From: Treponemataceae bacterium
GTDB taxonomy: Bacteria; Spirochaetota; Spirochaetia; Treponematales; Rectinemataceae
Length of the DNA stretch: 64,000 bases
Assembly: GCA_963678065.2 (NCBI GenBank)
Contig: CAXXVZ010000005.1
Coordinates: 576,001 to 640,000, forward strand
Reading direction: 5' to 3'
Part shown: positions 56,583 to 64,000 of the stretch, piece after piece
Numbering within the stretch: position 1 is the first letter of the stretch
Layout: each line of letters starts with the position of its first letter
Translations under genes and position numbers: made by a program
The notes under the pieces: model-generated
Told to the model about the DNA's origin: nothing
Databases searched by the model: none
The model's input: only the letters and a program-made list of their open reading frames with translations

Positions 56583-57575
56583 TCAGCAGGCCTTCCTGCG
56601 CGACAGCTTTTTCCTCTGTTCCAGCACGGCGAACACGATGAGCGCCACGATCAGCATGACACCCAGCGTGAAGTTGAAGATATTGCCACTGAAGTTGAGG
56701 AGGGTAAAGCCCTTTCGCAGGACGCCGATGATGAGAACGCCGATCAGGGTGCCCGCGACGCTTCCCACTCCGCCCGTGATCGAGGTTCCGCCGAGAACGA
56801 CGGCCGTTATCACCTGCAGGTTGAGGTCGTTGCCCATGCTGGTCTTGGCCGCCGAAAGCCGGCCGAGATAGATGAGAGAGGCGAAGGCGGCCATCAGTCC
56901 TGACAGAGTGTAGATCGACAACAGGACATTCTTCGTCCTGATTCCGGAGAACATGAGTGCATTTTCATTGTAGCCGATCCCCTTCAGGTTCCTGCCCAGC
57001 CTGCCCCGCGTATACAGAAGGTTGAAGAGAAAAAACAGGGCCAGGAGGTAGGTAAACTGGATGGGAACGATGCCGCCGAGCAGCGTCGTCGAGATTTTCT
57101 TGAACCCGTCCGGAAAGCCGGAGTAGGAATTCGTGCCGGCGATTATCATGGAGAGCCCGCGGAAGAGATTCATCGTGGCGAGGGTGGTGACGAGGGGCGG
57201 TATCCTGGTCCGCGAAATGATGAGCCCGTTGACCAGGCCGCAGAGGGTTCCGCAGGCGAGGGCGGCGAGGATGGCCAGAATGACGCTTCCGGATTGCGCG
57301 AAAACGGCGCCGAAGACGATGGCGGAGAGCTGGAGGTTGTAGCCCACAGAGAGATCGATGCCGCCCGTCGTGATGATGAAGGTCATCGCGAGGGCCATGA
57401 TTCCGATCTCGCCGATGATGGATGTCACGTCGAAGAGCACATCGGGATAGAAAAACACCGGTTCGATGAGGCCGAAGGCGATAATCAGGGCGACAAGGAG
57501 GACGGCGAGGGCGGACTGGTAAGTCATCCTGAATCGTCCACCGCTTCGGTTCCTGTTGTTGTTCGTCATGTTCAT
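56583..57575 (-). CDS. Monosaccharide ABC permease (RhaQ/LsrD-like)
   Basis: GEIGIMAL.MTFII.TGGIDLSVG, IPPLVTTLATM.LFRGL, ITAVVLGGTSI.GG. Confidence 0.88.
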   Translation of the reverse strand: MNMTNNNRNRSGGRFRMTYQSALAVLLVALIIAFGLIEPVFFYPDVLFDVTSIIGEIGIMALAMTFIITTGGIDLSVGYNLQLSAIVFGAVFAQSGSVILAILAALACGTLCGLVNGLIISRTRIPPLVTTLATMNLFRGLSMIIAGTNSYSGFPDGFKKISTTLLGGIVPIQFTYLLALFFLFNLLYTRGRLGRNLKGIGYNENALMFSGIRTKNVLLSIYTLSGLMAAFASLIYLGRLSAAKTSMGNDLNLQVITAVVLGGTSITGGVGSVAGTLIGVLIIGVLRKGFTLLNFSGNIFNFTLGVMLIVALIVFAVLEQRKKLSRRKAC

Positions 57576-58585
57576 TTTCCTTGTCCCGCCCGCAGGCCGG
57601 TATGTGTACGCTTCCGTGCGCCGGAAGAGAGGCGGGCAATGCGCTTTCTGAGAGAGGCGAAGTCCGTGACCGTGATGAAGACGGCGATCAGAATGATTAT
57701 CCCCTGGAGAGCGAACTGGAAGTAATCCTGGAAGCCCAGGTAGATCATCGCGATGCTGAGGAGGTAGACGAGGACGGCCCCGAAAACAGAGCCCAGCAGG
57801 GTTCCGCTTCCGCCCATGATGCTCACCCCCCCGACGACAGCCGCGGCTATGAACACCATCTCCCGGCCCTGAAAAGCCGAAGGCATTATTTCGTTGGAAG
57901 TCGTCGCCTTGAGGATGCCGGCGATGCCAAGGAGGAGCCCCTCCACCACATAGACTGCGAGGACCGTCCTGTCGGGATCGATGCCCGCGTAGATGGCGGC
58001 CTGGCGGTTCCCGCCGACGGCATAGAGTCGCTTGCCGAATCGCGTGTTTTTCATCAGGTACATGAACACGGCGGCCACGACGAGGGCTATCACGAAGATG
58101 TAGGGCACAATGTCGAAGAAACGTCCGCGCCCGAGCCAGGTGAAGTTGTCCTTGAGGTTTTCTACCCAACCCGCGTTGGGCAGGAAGGTGGCGTAGAATC
58201 CGAGGTGGACCATGTTCATGGCGAGGGTCACGACGATGGAAGGGACCTTGAAGGTCACGCTCAGCCATCCGTTGAGACCTGCCAGGAACATCCCCATCAG
58301 AAGGCCTGCGGGGATGAAAATGAGCGGGGAGAGTCCCGACTTGGCCAGGGAACCCGCCACAAAAGCGACGAAGCCGAGTATCGTGCCCGCCGAAATGTCG
58401 ATGTTGCCCGTGATGATGACCAGCGAGAGGGCGATTGCTCCCACTATCATGGGGCTGACATCCAGCATCATGCTGTAGAGTCCGCTCTTGCTGTTGAAGT
58501 TGGTGGCCAGGGACAGGAACAGCATGAAGGCGACGACAATGGCGCCGAGCATGGATTCCCGTGATATGACGCGCTTTTTCTTCAT
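57572..58585 (-). CDS. Monosaccharide ABC permease (RhaP/LsrC-like)
   Basis: ITGNIDISAG, VPSIVVTL, GKRLYAVGGN..AA, IAAAVVGGVSIMGGSG. Confidence 0.88.
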   Translation of the reverse strand: MKKKRVISRESMLGAIVVAFMLFLSLATNFNSKSGLYSMMLDVSPMIVGAIALSLVIITGNIDISAGTILGFVAFVAGSLAKSGLSPLIFIPAGLLMGMFLAGLNGWLSVTFKVPSIVVTLAMNMVHLGFYATFLPNAGWVENLKDNFTWLGRGRFFDIVPYIFVIALVVAAVFMYLMKNTRFGKRLYAVGGNRQAAIYAGIDPDRTVLAVYVVEGLLLGIAGILKATTSNEIMPSAFQGREMVFIAAAVVGGVSIMGGSGTLLGSVFGAVLVYLLSIAMIYLGFQDYFQFALQGIIILIAVFITVTDFASLRKRIARLSSGARKRTHTGLRAGQGK

Positions 58586-58601
58586 TATCCTTCTCCCGCC
58601 T

Positions 58602-60131
58602 CTACAGCGCCATCTGGAGAATTTTCTCCTGGCTCAGCTCGCTCCGCATGAGTTCGCCCTGTTTCTTCCCCGCCTTCATGACGAGGACTCTGTCGCTCAT
58701 CCCGAGAATTTCCGGAAGGTCGCTCGAGATCATGATGATGGATTTGCCTTCCTGCGCAAGTTTGCCGATGAGTCTGTGGATTTCGCTTTTGGCGCCGACA
58801 TCGACGCCACGCGTCGGCTCGTCGAGGATCAGAATCCTCGGCTCGGTGGCGAGGGCCTTGGCGACAGAAACCTTCTGCTGGTTGCCACCGGAGAGATTGT
58901 TGACGATGAAGTCCGCGTCCGGCGTCTTGATCGCGAGATCAGCGATATATGTTCCGCTGATCTGCGCTTCCTTCGCGTGGTCGATGAGCCCGAGGACTCC
59001 CGAAATCCGTCCGAGGAGGGGCATGGTGATGTTTTCCTTTATCGACATCGGAACGACAAGGCCATATTTCTGTCTGTCCTCCGAGATGTAAACGATTCCG
59101 TGATCCATCGCCGTCTGGTAGTTGCGCAGTGGAACAGGTTCCCCGTCGATGAGGATTTCCCCCGAATCAGGCGGCGCCAGGCCCGTGATGGCGAGGGCGA
59201 GTTCGGTGCGCCCTGCCCCGGCGAGACCGGCAATGCCGAGGATTTCACCTTTGCGCAGGGTCAGATCGACCCCGGCAAGTACGCCTTCCTGACTGATGCC
59301 GCGCGCCTCGAAAACCACCTGGCCCACCGAGACTTCTTCCTTCGGGTAGAGGTTGTGCAAGGTGCGTCCGACCATCCAGGACACGAGCTGGTCCTTGGTG
59401 ACCGCCCCGACATCTTCGGTGGCGACATATTCGCCGTCCCGGATGACAGTCACCCGGTCCGCGATCTGGAATATCTCGTCGAGGCGGTGACTGATGTAGA
59501 GCATCGAGACGCCCTCGGCCTTCAGCCTGGCGATCGTCGAGAAGAGGGTTCCGACTTCCTTGCTGGTGAGGGCGGCCGTCGGCTCATCGAGAATGAGAAT
59601 GCGGGAATCGAAAGAAAGGGCCTTTGCGATTTCCACCATCTGCTTGGTCGCGACGCCGAGCTCGGAAACCTTCGTGTCGAGATCCACGTCCATGCCGAGC
59701 CGGCTGAAAATTTCCTCGGCCTTGGGGCGCATGGCCTTGTAATCGAGGACGGGCGCAAAGCGGACGAGCCCTGCAAAGGACCGCATGAGTTCATGCCCCA
59801 TGAAGATATTCGCGAGGATGCTGAGGTCGGGAAAGAGGCTCGTCTCCTGGAAAATGATGGCGATGCCTTTCGCGTAGGCATGGTTGGGACTCCGGACCTT
59901 GAGCGGCTCACCGTTCAGCTTCATGCTCCCGGAATCCGGCTGGTAGACCCCCGTGATCAGCTTCATGAGGGTGGATTTACCCGCCCCGTTCTCTCCGCAG
60001 ACAGCGTGGACTTCTCCCTCTCTGAGATCGATGGTCATATCCGAAAGGGCCCTTACGCCGGGGAATGACTTGCAGATGCCTTCGATGTGAAGGATCACCT
60101 TTTCTTTTCGTGCTGTGCTCGCTGTTTCCAT
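58602..60131 (-). CDS. Monosaccharide ABC ATP-binding protein (RhaT/RbsA-like)
   Basis: GENGAGKSTLMK, DEPTAAL, EDRQ..GL, LSGGNQQKV, DEPTRGVDVGAK. Confidence 0.92.
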   Translation of the reverse strand: METASTARKEKVILHIEGICKSFPGVRALSDMTIDLREGEVHAVCGENGAGKSTLMKLITGVYQPDSGSMKLNGEPLKVRSPNHAYAKGIAIIFQETSLFPDLSILANIFMGHELMRSFAGLVRFAPVLDYKAMRPKAEEIFSRLGMDVDLDTKVSELGVATKQMVEIAKALSFDSRILILDEPTAALTSKEVGTLFSTIARLKAEGVSMLYISHRLDEIFQIADRVTVIRDGEYVATEDVGAVTKDQLVSWMVGRTLHNLYPKEEVSVGQVVFEARGISQEGVLAGVDLTLRKGEILGIAGLAGAGRTELALAITGLAPPDSGEILIDGEPVPLRNYQTAMDHGIVYISEDRQKYGLVVPMSIKENITMPLLGRISGVLGLIDHAKEAQISGTYIADLAIKTPDADFIVNNLSGGNQQKVSVAKALATEPRILILDEPTRGVDVGAKSEIHRLIGKLAQEGKSIIMISSDLPEILGMSDRVLVMKAGKKQGELMRSELSQEKILQMAL

Positions 60132-60238
60132 GATGTGCGCTTCCAGGATTTCCGCGGACGTTGGGATAAGACTATCCGGCCGGGGGATGCCGGCCGGATA
60201 CTGTACTTGACTGCTTCGGCGATTCAAGGCCATGCAGG

Positions 60239-60298
60239 ACCGGCTTCCGCGTGCCCTGGATCCGATATGCGAGATCCCGGGTCCTGGCGGCAGCCGGT
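60239..60298 (-). terminator. Long imperfect hairpin after the SBP gene
   Basis: Nested ACCGGCT/AGCCGGT, CCGC/GCGG, GGATC/GATCC pairs. Confidence 0.4.
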
Positions 60299-60306
60299 GG
60301 GAGGGT

Positions 60307-61428
60307 TTATTTCCGGAACCCCGACATTCCTGAGTCGGCATTGGGATAGCCGCGGAAGGCATCGATGTTCTTGAGATTCCAGACGAGGGGTTCGCCGAGG
60401 ATGATGACGTTGTTGGCGAGGATCATGTGGCCGGAGGCGGGATACTTGACCGGGGTCTTTCCGTCCATGAAGCTCGGGGCCATGGTGGTGCCGGAGAGCG
60501 GGGACTTGAAGGCGGATCCGGCCGGAGCCTTGCCCTGGAGGACAGCGGAGGTCACGTAGAGGGTGAGGTAGCCGAGGTCGAAGGGCTGCCAGAGAACGAC
60601 GCCGGACATCTTTCCTGCCTGCATATCCTTGCGCGAGGATTCGGGAACGCTGACGCCGACGATCTTGATCGCGTCCTTGATGCCGAGCTGGTCGCGGGCG
60701 GAGGAGACGGCGGGGACCGTGTTGGAGGAGAGGGCTACGATTCCCTTGATCGCCTTGTTGGCGGACAGCAGGGACTTGATCTTCTCGTCGGCCGTGCCCT
60801 GATCGTTTCCTGCGTAGACGATCTGATTGGCTTCGGCCATCAGGTTGATGTGCTTGTACTCCGTGGTCTTCTTAGCGTTGTACTCGTTGATGATGGCCTT
60901 GAGCCAGGCATTCTGGTTGGGAGAATCGTTCGTGGTGGACACGAGGGCGATGGTCGCCTTGCTGGACGCCGTGTAGGAGGCGAGATCTCCCGCGAGGCCC
61001 TTGAGGAGCTGGATGGCGATCTGGTCGCTCTCGACCTGGTTCACGAAGTAATCGCGGGCGGCGACATTGACGTCGGCGTCCCAGGTGATGACCTTGATGC
61101 CCTTGGCCCGCGCGGCCTTGAGGGTGTCGGCGTAGCTCTCGGGATCGAGGGCAGAGACGAGGATGGCATCGTAGCGCTTGTCGATGAAGCTCTGGATGTA
61201 GTTCTTCTGGTTCGCGGCCGAGGTCTGGGACATCGGATCGCCGATCCAGTCTACCTTGATGTTGCCGAGTTCCTTTTCGGCCTGGCGGAAGCCGCGCTCG
61301 CAGGCGATGAAGTAGTCTTCCGCGATGAACTTGGGAATGACGCCCACCTTGTAGGTCTTCTGGGCGAACACGGGGACGGCGGTCGCGAGAACCATGAGCG
61401 CCATCACTGACCAGAACAGTCTCTTCAT
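60307..61428 (-). CDS. Monosaccharide ABC substrate-binding protein (RhaS/LsrB-like)
   Basis: Signal peptide; IPK....YF, DAILVSA.DP, VITWDAD, FVNQ, SPNQNAW, LWQP.DLGY, ILGEP. Confidence 0.88.
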   Translation of the reverse strand: MKRLFWSVMALMVLATAVPVFAQKTYKVGVIPKFIAEDYFIACERGFRQAEKELGNIKVDWIGDPMSQTSAANQKNYIQSFIDKRYDAILVSALDPESYADTLKAARAKGIKVITWDADVNVAARDYFVNQVESDQIAIQLLKGLAGDLASYTASSKATIALVSTTNDSPNQNAWLKAIINEYNAKKTTEYKHINLMAEANQIVYAGNDQGTADEKIKSLLSANKAIKGIVALSSNTVPAVSSARDQLGIKDAIKIVGVSVPESSRKDMQAGKMSGVVLWQPFDLGYLTLYVTSAVLQGKAPAGSAFKSPLSGTTMAPSFMDGKTPVKYPASGHMILANNVIILGEPLVWNLKNIDAFRGYPNADSGMSGFRK

Positions 61429-61525
61429 ACAAACCTCCTATACCTTTTACAGGATCTACATCCTGCGGTCGACAAAAATACATTCACATCATTATCGATA
61501 CTTGTCAAGTTTATCAATGTTCATT

Positions 61526-61543
61526 TGATTGTTTTTGATTGAT
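61526..61543. promoter_or_regulatory. Candidate DeoR-family operator TGATTGTTTTTGATTGAT (copy 2)
   Basis: Identical to 44562-44579; in the AT-rich region upstream of the SBP gene. Confidence 0.65.
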
Positions 61544-61577
61544 TTTGAATAGTATCGATCCATTTCATCTCATCCTG

Positions 61578-62684
61578 CTAGGCAAGGGCGAGCGCCCTGA
61601 CGGCATCGCAGAGGCCCGTGACTGTCTCCGGGCTCACGTCGGCCTGAATGATGTGGGCCGGCGCCATGAGGTAGCCGCCGCGGGAGCCCATGATCCGGGC
61701 CCTCATACTGACCTCGGCGCGGATGGCCTCGAGATTCCCTCCGGGCAGAAGTTCCTGCTGGTCTATTCCTCCGAAAAACGCGATGCGGCCGCCGTATTTT
61801 TCCTGCAGTTCCCGCGGATCGGAGCCGGGAACGTTGGGCTGAACCGGGTTGTAGATGTCGACACCGAGCTCGATGAAATCCTCGATGAGGGGAGCGACCG
61901 CGCCATCGGAGTGGAAGGCGACGAGGAGGCCGGGGTTGGCCGCCTTCAATCGGGCGATGAGCCGCGCGTACCTGGGCTTGAAGCGATCGCGCCACATATC
62001 GGGGGAAATGAGCATCGAGGTCTGCGTGCCGAGATCCTCGCCGAGCCAGATCGCGTCGACCCCCAGAGAAACCAGCTGGAGCGCTATCGCCGTCGTCCAC
62101 TCCTCGACACGGTCGTTCAACTTCTCGATCCAGGGCTCTTCCATGGCGAAATCCATGAGGTACTTTTCCATTCCGACGAGATGCCAGGCGAGTTCGAAGA
62201 GCGAGAGTTCGACATCGCCGATGACGAAATGGCTGCCGCCGAAGCGGGCGATATCGCGGAAGGCTGCGTCGAAGCGGCCGGGGGCGAAGGGATCGGGAAA
62301 TCCATGGCGGGCGAGGCTCTCCTCCGAATCGACATCGGCGAGCGGACATTTCACGACTTCCATATAGAGCGGCGTTGGCTTCATCCACATCCCGAACTCG
62401 TTGAGCGAGGCCCCTTCCCCGACGGGAAGGGCGCGAAAACCGCGAGCCACCGTGGCCCCCACGACGACGCAGTCGGAGCCGAGCGCGGTGCGTATCTCAT
62501 TGGCGGAAATTCGGTAGGTCAGGTCCTCGTAATAGGAGAGGGCGTATTCGGGCCTGATCCCGAGGCGGCGGCCGAACTCCTCGGTCAGACTCCGGCAGAG
62601 GTCGAACTGGAGGGGGACCCTGTCCGGCAGTCCTTCCATTTTGCCAAAAGCTTTCAGTACCCGTTCCCGGCTCGTCATCATCAT
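61578..62684 (-). CDS. URO-D/MtaA-like TIM-barrel protein, function unknown
   Basis: MTSRERV..AF....PDRVP, SLFE.AW.L.GME, GEDLGTQ..MLISP..WR, FHSDG, NPVQP, GGIDQQ, APAH.IQ; start is one of three tandem ATGs. Confidence 0.82.
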   Translation of the reverse strand: MMMTSRERVLKAFGKMEGLPDRVPLQFDLCRSLTEEFGRRLGIRPEYALSYYEDLTYRISANEIRTALGSDCVVVGATVARGFRALPVGEGASLNEFGMWMKPTPLYMEVVKCPLADVDSEESLARHGFPDPFAPGRFDAAFRDIARFGGSHFVIGDVELSLFELAWHLVGMEKYLMDFAMEEPWIEKLNDRVEEWTTAIALQLVSLGVDAIWLGEDLGTQTSMLISPDMWRDRFKPRYARLIARLKAANPGLLVAFHSDGAVAPLIEDFIELGVDIYNPVQPNVPGSDPRELQEKYGGRIAFFGGIDQQELLPGGNLEAIRAEVSMRARIMGSRGGYLMAPAHIIQADVSPETVTGLCDAVRALALA

Positions 62685-62811
62685 CGATTCTCCCAGCGTA
62701 TAACTTTCCCGGCCACCCGTATGGGTCGCTCTGGCCTGAGTCTTGCATTCTGGAAATTGGCGCGAACCCGGGCCGGGGAACCGGATTTTCCATCCCCGCC
62801 CGCGCACTCCG

Positions 62812-64000
62812 CTATCCCGACGACACCATCACATCGACGTCGACATATTCATAGGGCGGCACAGGCTGCCCGTTCATGAGAGCGCATGCCATGGGGACGA
62901 TATGCGCTCCGTACCGTTCAGAGTGGTAGTCGACGGCTCCGTCGACGGCTTTGCACCGCAGCTGCGCGATGCCGAGTTCGTCGCAGCCGTGCGATACGGA
63001 TATGAAGCGCCCGGCATCCCAGATTCCGTTGCCACAGAGCGCGTCCAGAGCGCCCTGCATCGATTCCGCGTTGACGGATGTGAGAACGTAGCGGCCGGAG
63101 GGATCAAGTTTTCCGAGAAGGGAGAGGATGGCCGAGTTGGCGGTTCCGTATTCATTTCCGCCTTCCAGCCGGATGATCTTTCCTTCGGCCTCTTCGCCGA
63201 AGACCGCCTCCAGCGAAGCCGCGAAGCCTTCGGTCCTGAGAAGGATGGACTCGCCGCCCGTCGAAAGCTGGAGGAGAATCGCTTTGTCCACGCAATCCCA
63301 GCCTCCGAATTTGGACTGGACAAGGCCGGCGGCGAAGTCTCCCGCGAGGGTTCCCGCCCGCCAGTTGTTCGTGCCGACATAGGGAGCGGAGGGAATCTGC
63401 CCTTCCAGGGCAAGAACCTGCATGCCAGCCTCCCTGCAGAGGTCCCCGATTATGTGGTTGGACCTCGAATCGGTGTTGAATTCCACGAGGACATCGGCCT
63501 TCCATGCGAGGACACGATGGGCGTTCGCGGCAGCCACCTCCGGATCGTAGGCATTGTCGAGCACAAGGATATTCTCTGGCGCAAATCCGGCGAGAGCTGC
63601 CTGGGAGAGAAATCCGCGCTCCACCGAGTTGCAGAACGGTTCGGAGCGGTTTCCGCTGGCGAAAGCGATGCGCCTGCCCTTCCCGGGCATAAATGCGTAG
63701 GGGATTGCATCGCGGGCGCAGGAATAGTATTCGCCGAAACGGGGATAGCCTGCATTTTCCGTCCTGCCGCGTTCGGTCTTCACGATTCTGATACCTTCCC
63801 GGTGCAGGACTTCGGCCATCACGGCGGAAGCATTCACGTCGGTGACGACGATATCGACAGCGGAGAGGGCGGCGAAAGGAGCGAGGGAATGCGATCCCCA
63901 GCGGGAAGACTGCATGAGGACGATCGTCTCCCCGGCCCTTCCCGCGACGATGCGCTTGACGGCGGATTCCTCGGGGGATGAATCGGTGAAACCCGTTTCG
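62812..64000 (-). CDS. DeoR-type regulator fused to a PBP-like sensing domain (5' end beyond window)
   Basis: Frame open to the window edge: ETGFTDSSPEESAVKR..DIVVTD (DeoR C-terminus), then LDNAYD, YVGTNNW.AG, AVDYHSERYG, GQPVPP; paralogous to 40516-42450. Confidence 0.75.
   Translation of the reverse strand, partial: ETGFTDSSPEESAVKRIVAGRAGETIVLMQSSRWGSHSLAPFAALSAVDIVVTDVNASAVMAEVLHREGIRIVKTERGRTENAGYPRFGEYYSCARDAIPYAFMPGKGRRIAFASGNRSEPFCNSVERGFLSQAALAGFAPENILVLDNAYDPEVAAANAHRVLAWKADVLVEFNTDSRSNHIIGDLCREAGMQVLALEGQIPSAPYVGTNNWRAGTLAGDFAAGLVQSKFGGWDCVDKAILLQLSTGGESILLRTEGFAASLEAVFGEEAEGKIIRLEGGNEYGTANSAILSLLGKLDPSGRYVLTSVNAESMQGALDALCGNGIWDAGRFISVSHGCDELGIAQLRCKAVDGAVDYHSERYGAHIVPMACALMNGQPVPPYEYVDVDVMVSSG

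Noticed and set aside
1..64000. CRISPR arrays, tRNA/rRNA genes, transposases, integrases, prophage or defence systems
   Set aside because: No regularly spaced repeat-spacer units, cloverleaf or rRNA signatures, or mobile-element protein motifs recognised by eye; the repeats found are short local duplications

Overview
GC-rich bacterial chromosomal window, about 65% GC by eye, with short AT-rich promoter islands. It is most likely from a spirochaete (Spirochaetia). That is an inference from solute-binding proteins with type-I signal peptides of the 'MKK/RKLF..LAFA(AG)' kind and a putative beta-barrel outer-membrane protein. It is almost entirely a carbohydrate and small-molecule scavenging region of about 56 genes. 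From left to right it contains: an FGGY kinase plus FucI/AraA-like isomerase; an aldo-keto reductase, TatD and EamA; a stand-alone DMSO-reductase-family molybdoenzyme with divergent Lrp and DUF2917 genes; an ABC-2 exporter; an OMP plus GH9; a GntR operon (URO-D-like, ATC-hydrolase-like, LivKHMGF, DhaKL, ribokinase); mglBAC with an SBP-histidine kinase-response regulator-SBP module; a rare-sugar cluster (RhaM, CUT1 ABC, isomerase, DeoR-SBP fusion, TIM epimerase, GatD-like, AlsE-like, Zn-ADH, DeoR); Opp/GH106/LacI; and RhaSTPQ-like/RhaM/URO-D-like/DeoR-SBP. The most notable non-coding feature is a ykkC-family riboswitch aptamer with subtype-2 hallmarks (9511-9691) behind a consensus sigma70 promoter and ahead of the ABC-2 exporter. 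Also seen are several apparently leaderless genes, candidate operators (an identical 18-mer at two distant promoters, and 28-bp and 17-bp palindromes), a frameshifted gene remnant and many short tandem duplications. No tRNA, rRNA, CRISPR array or transposase was recognised.
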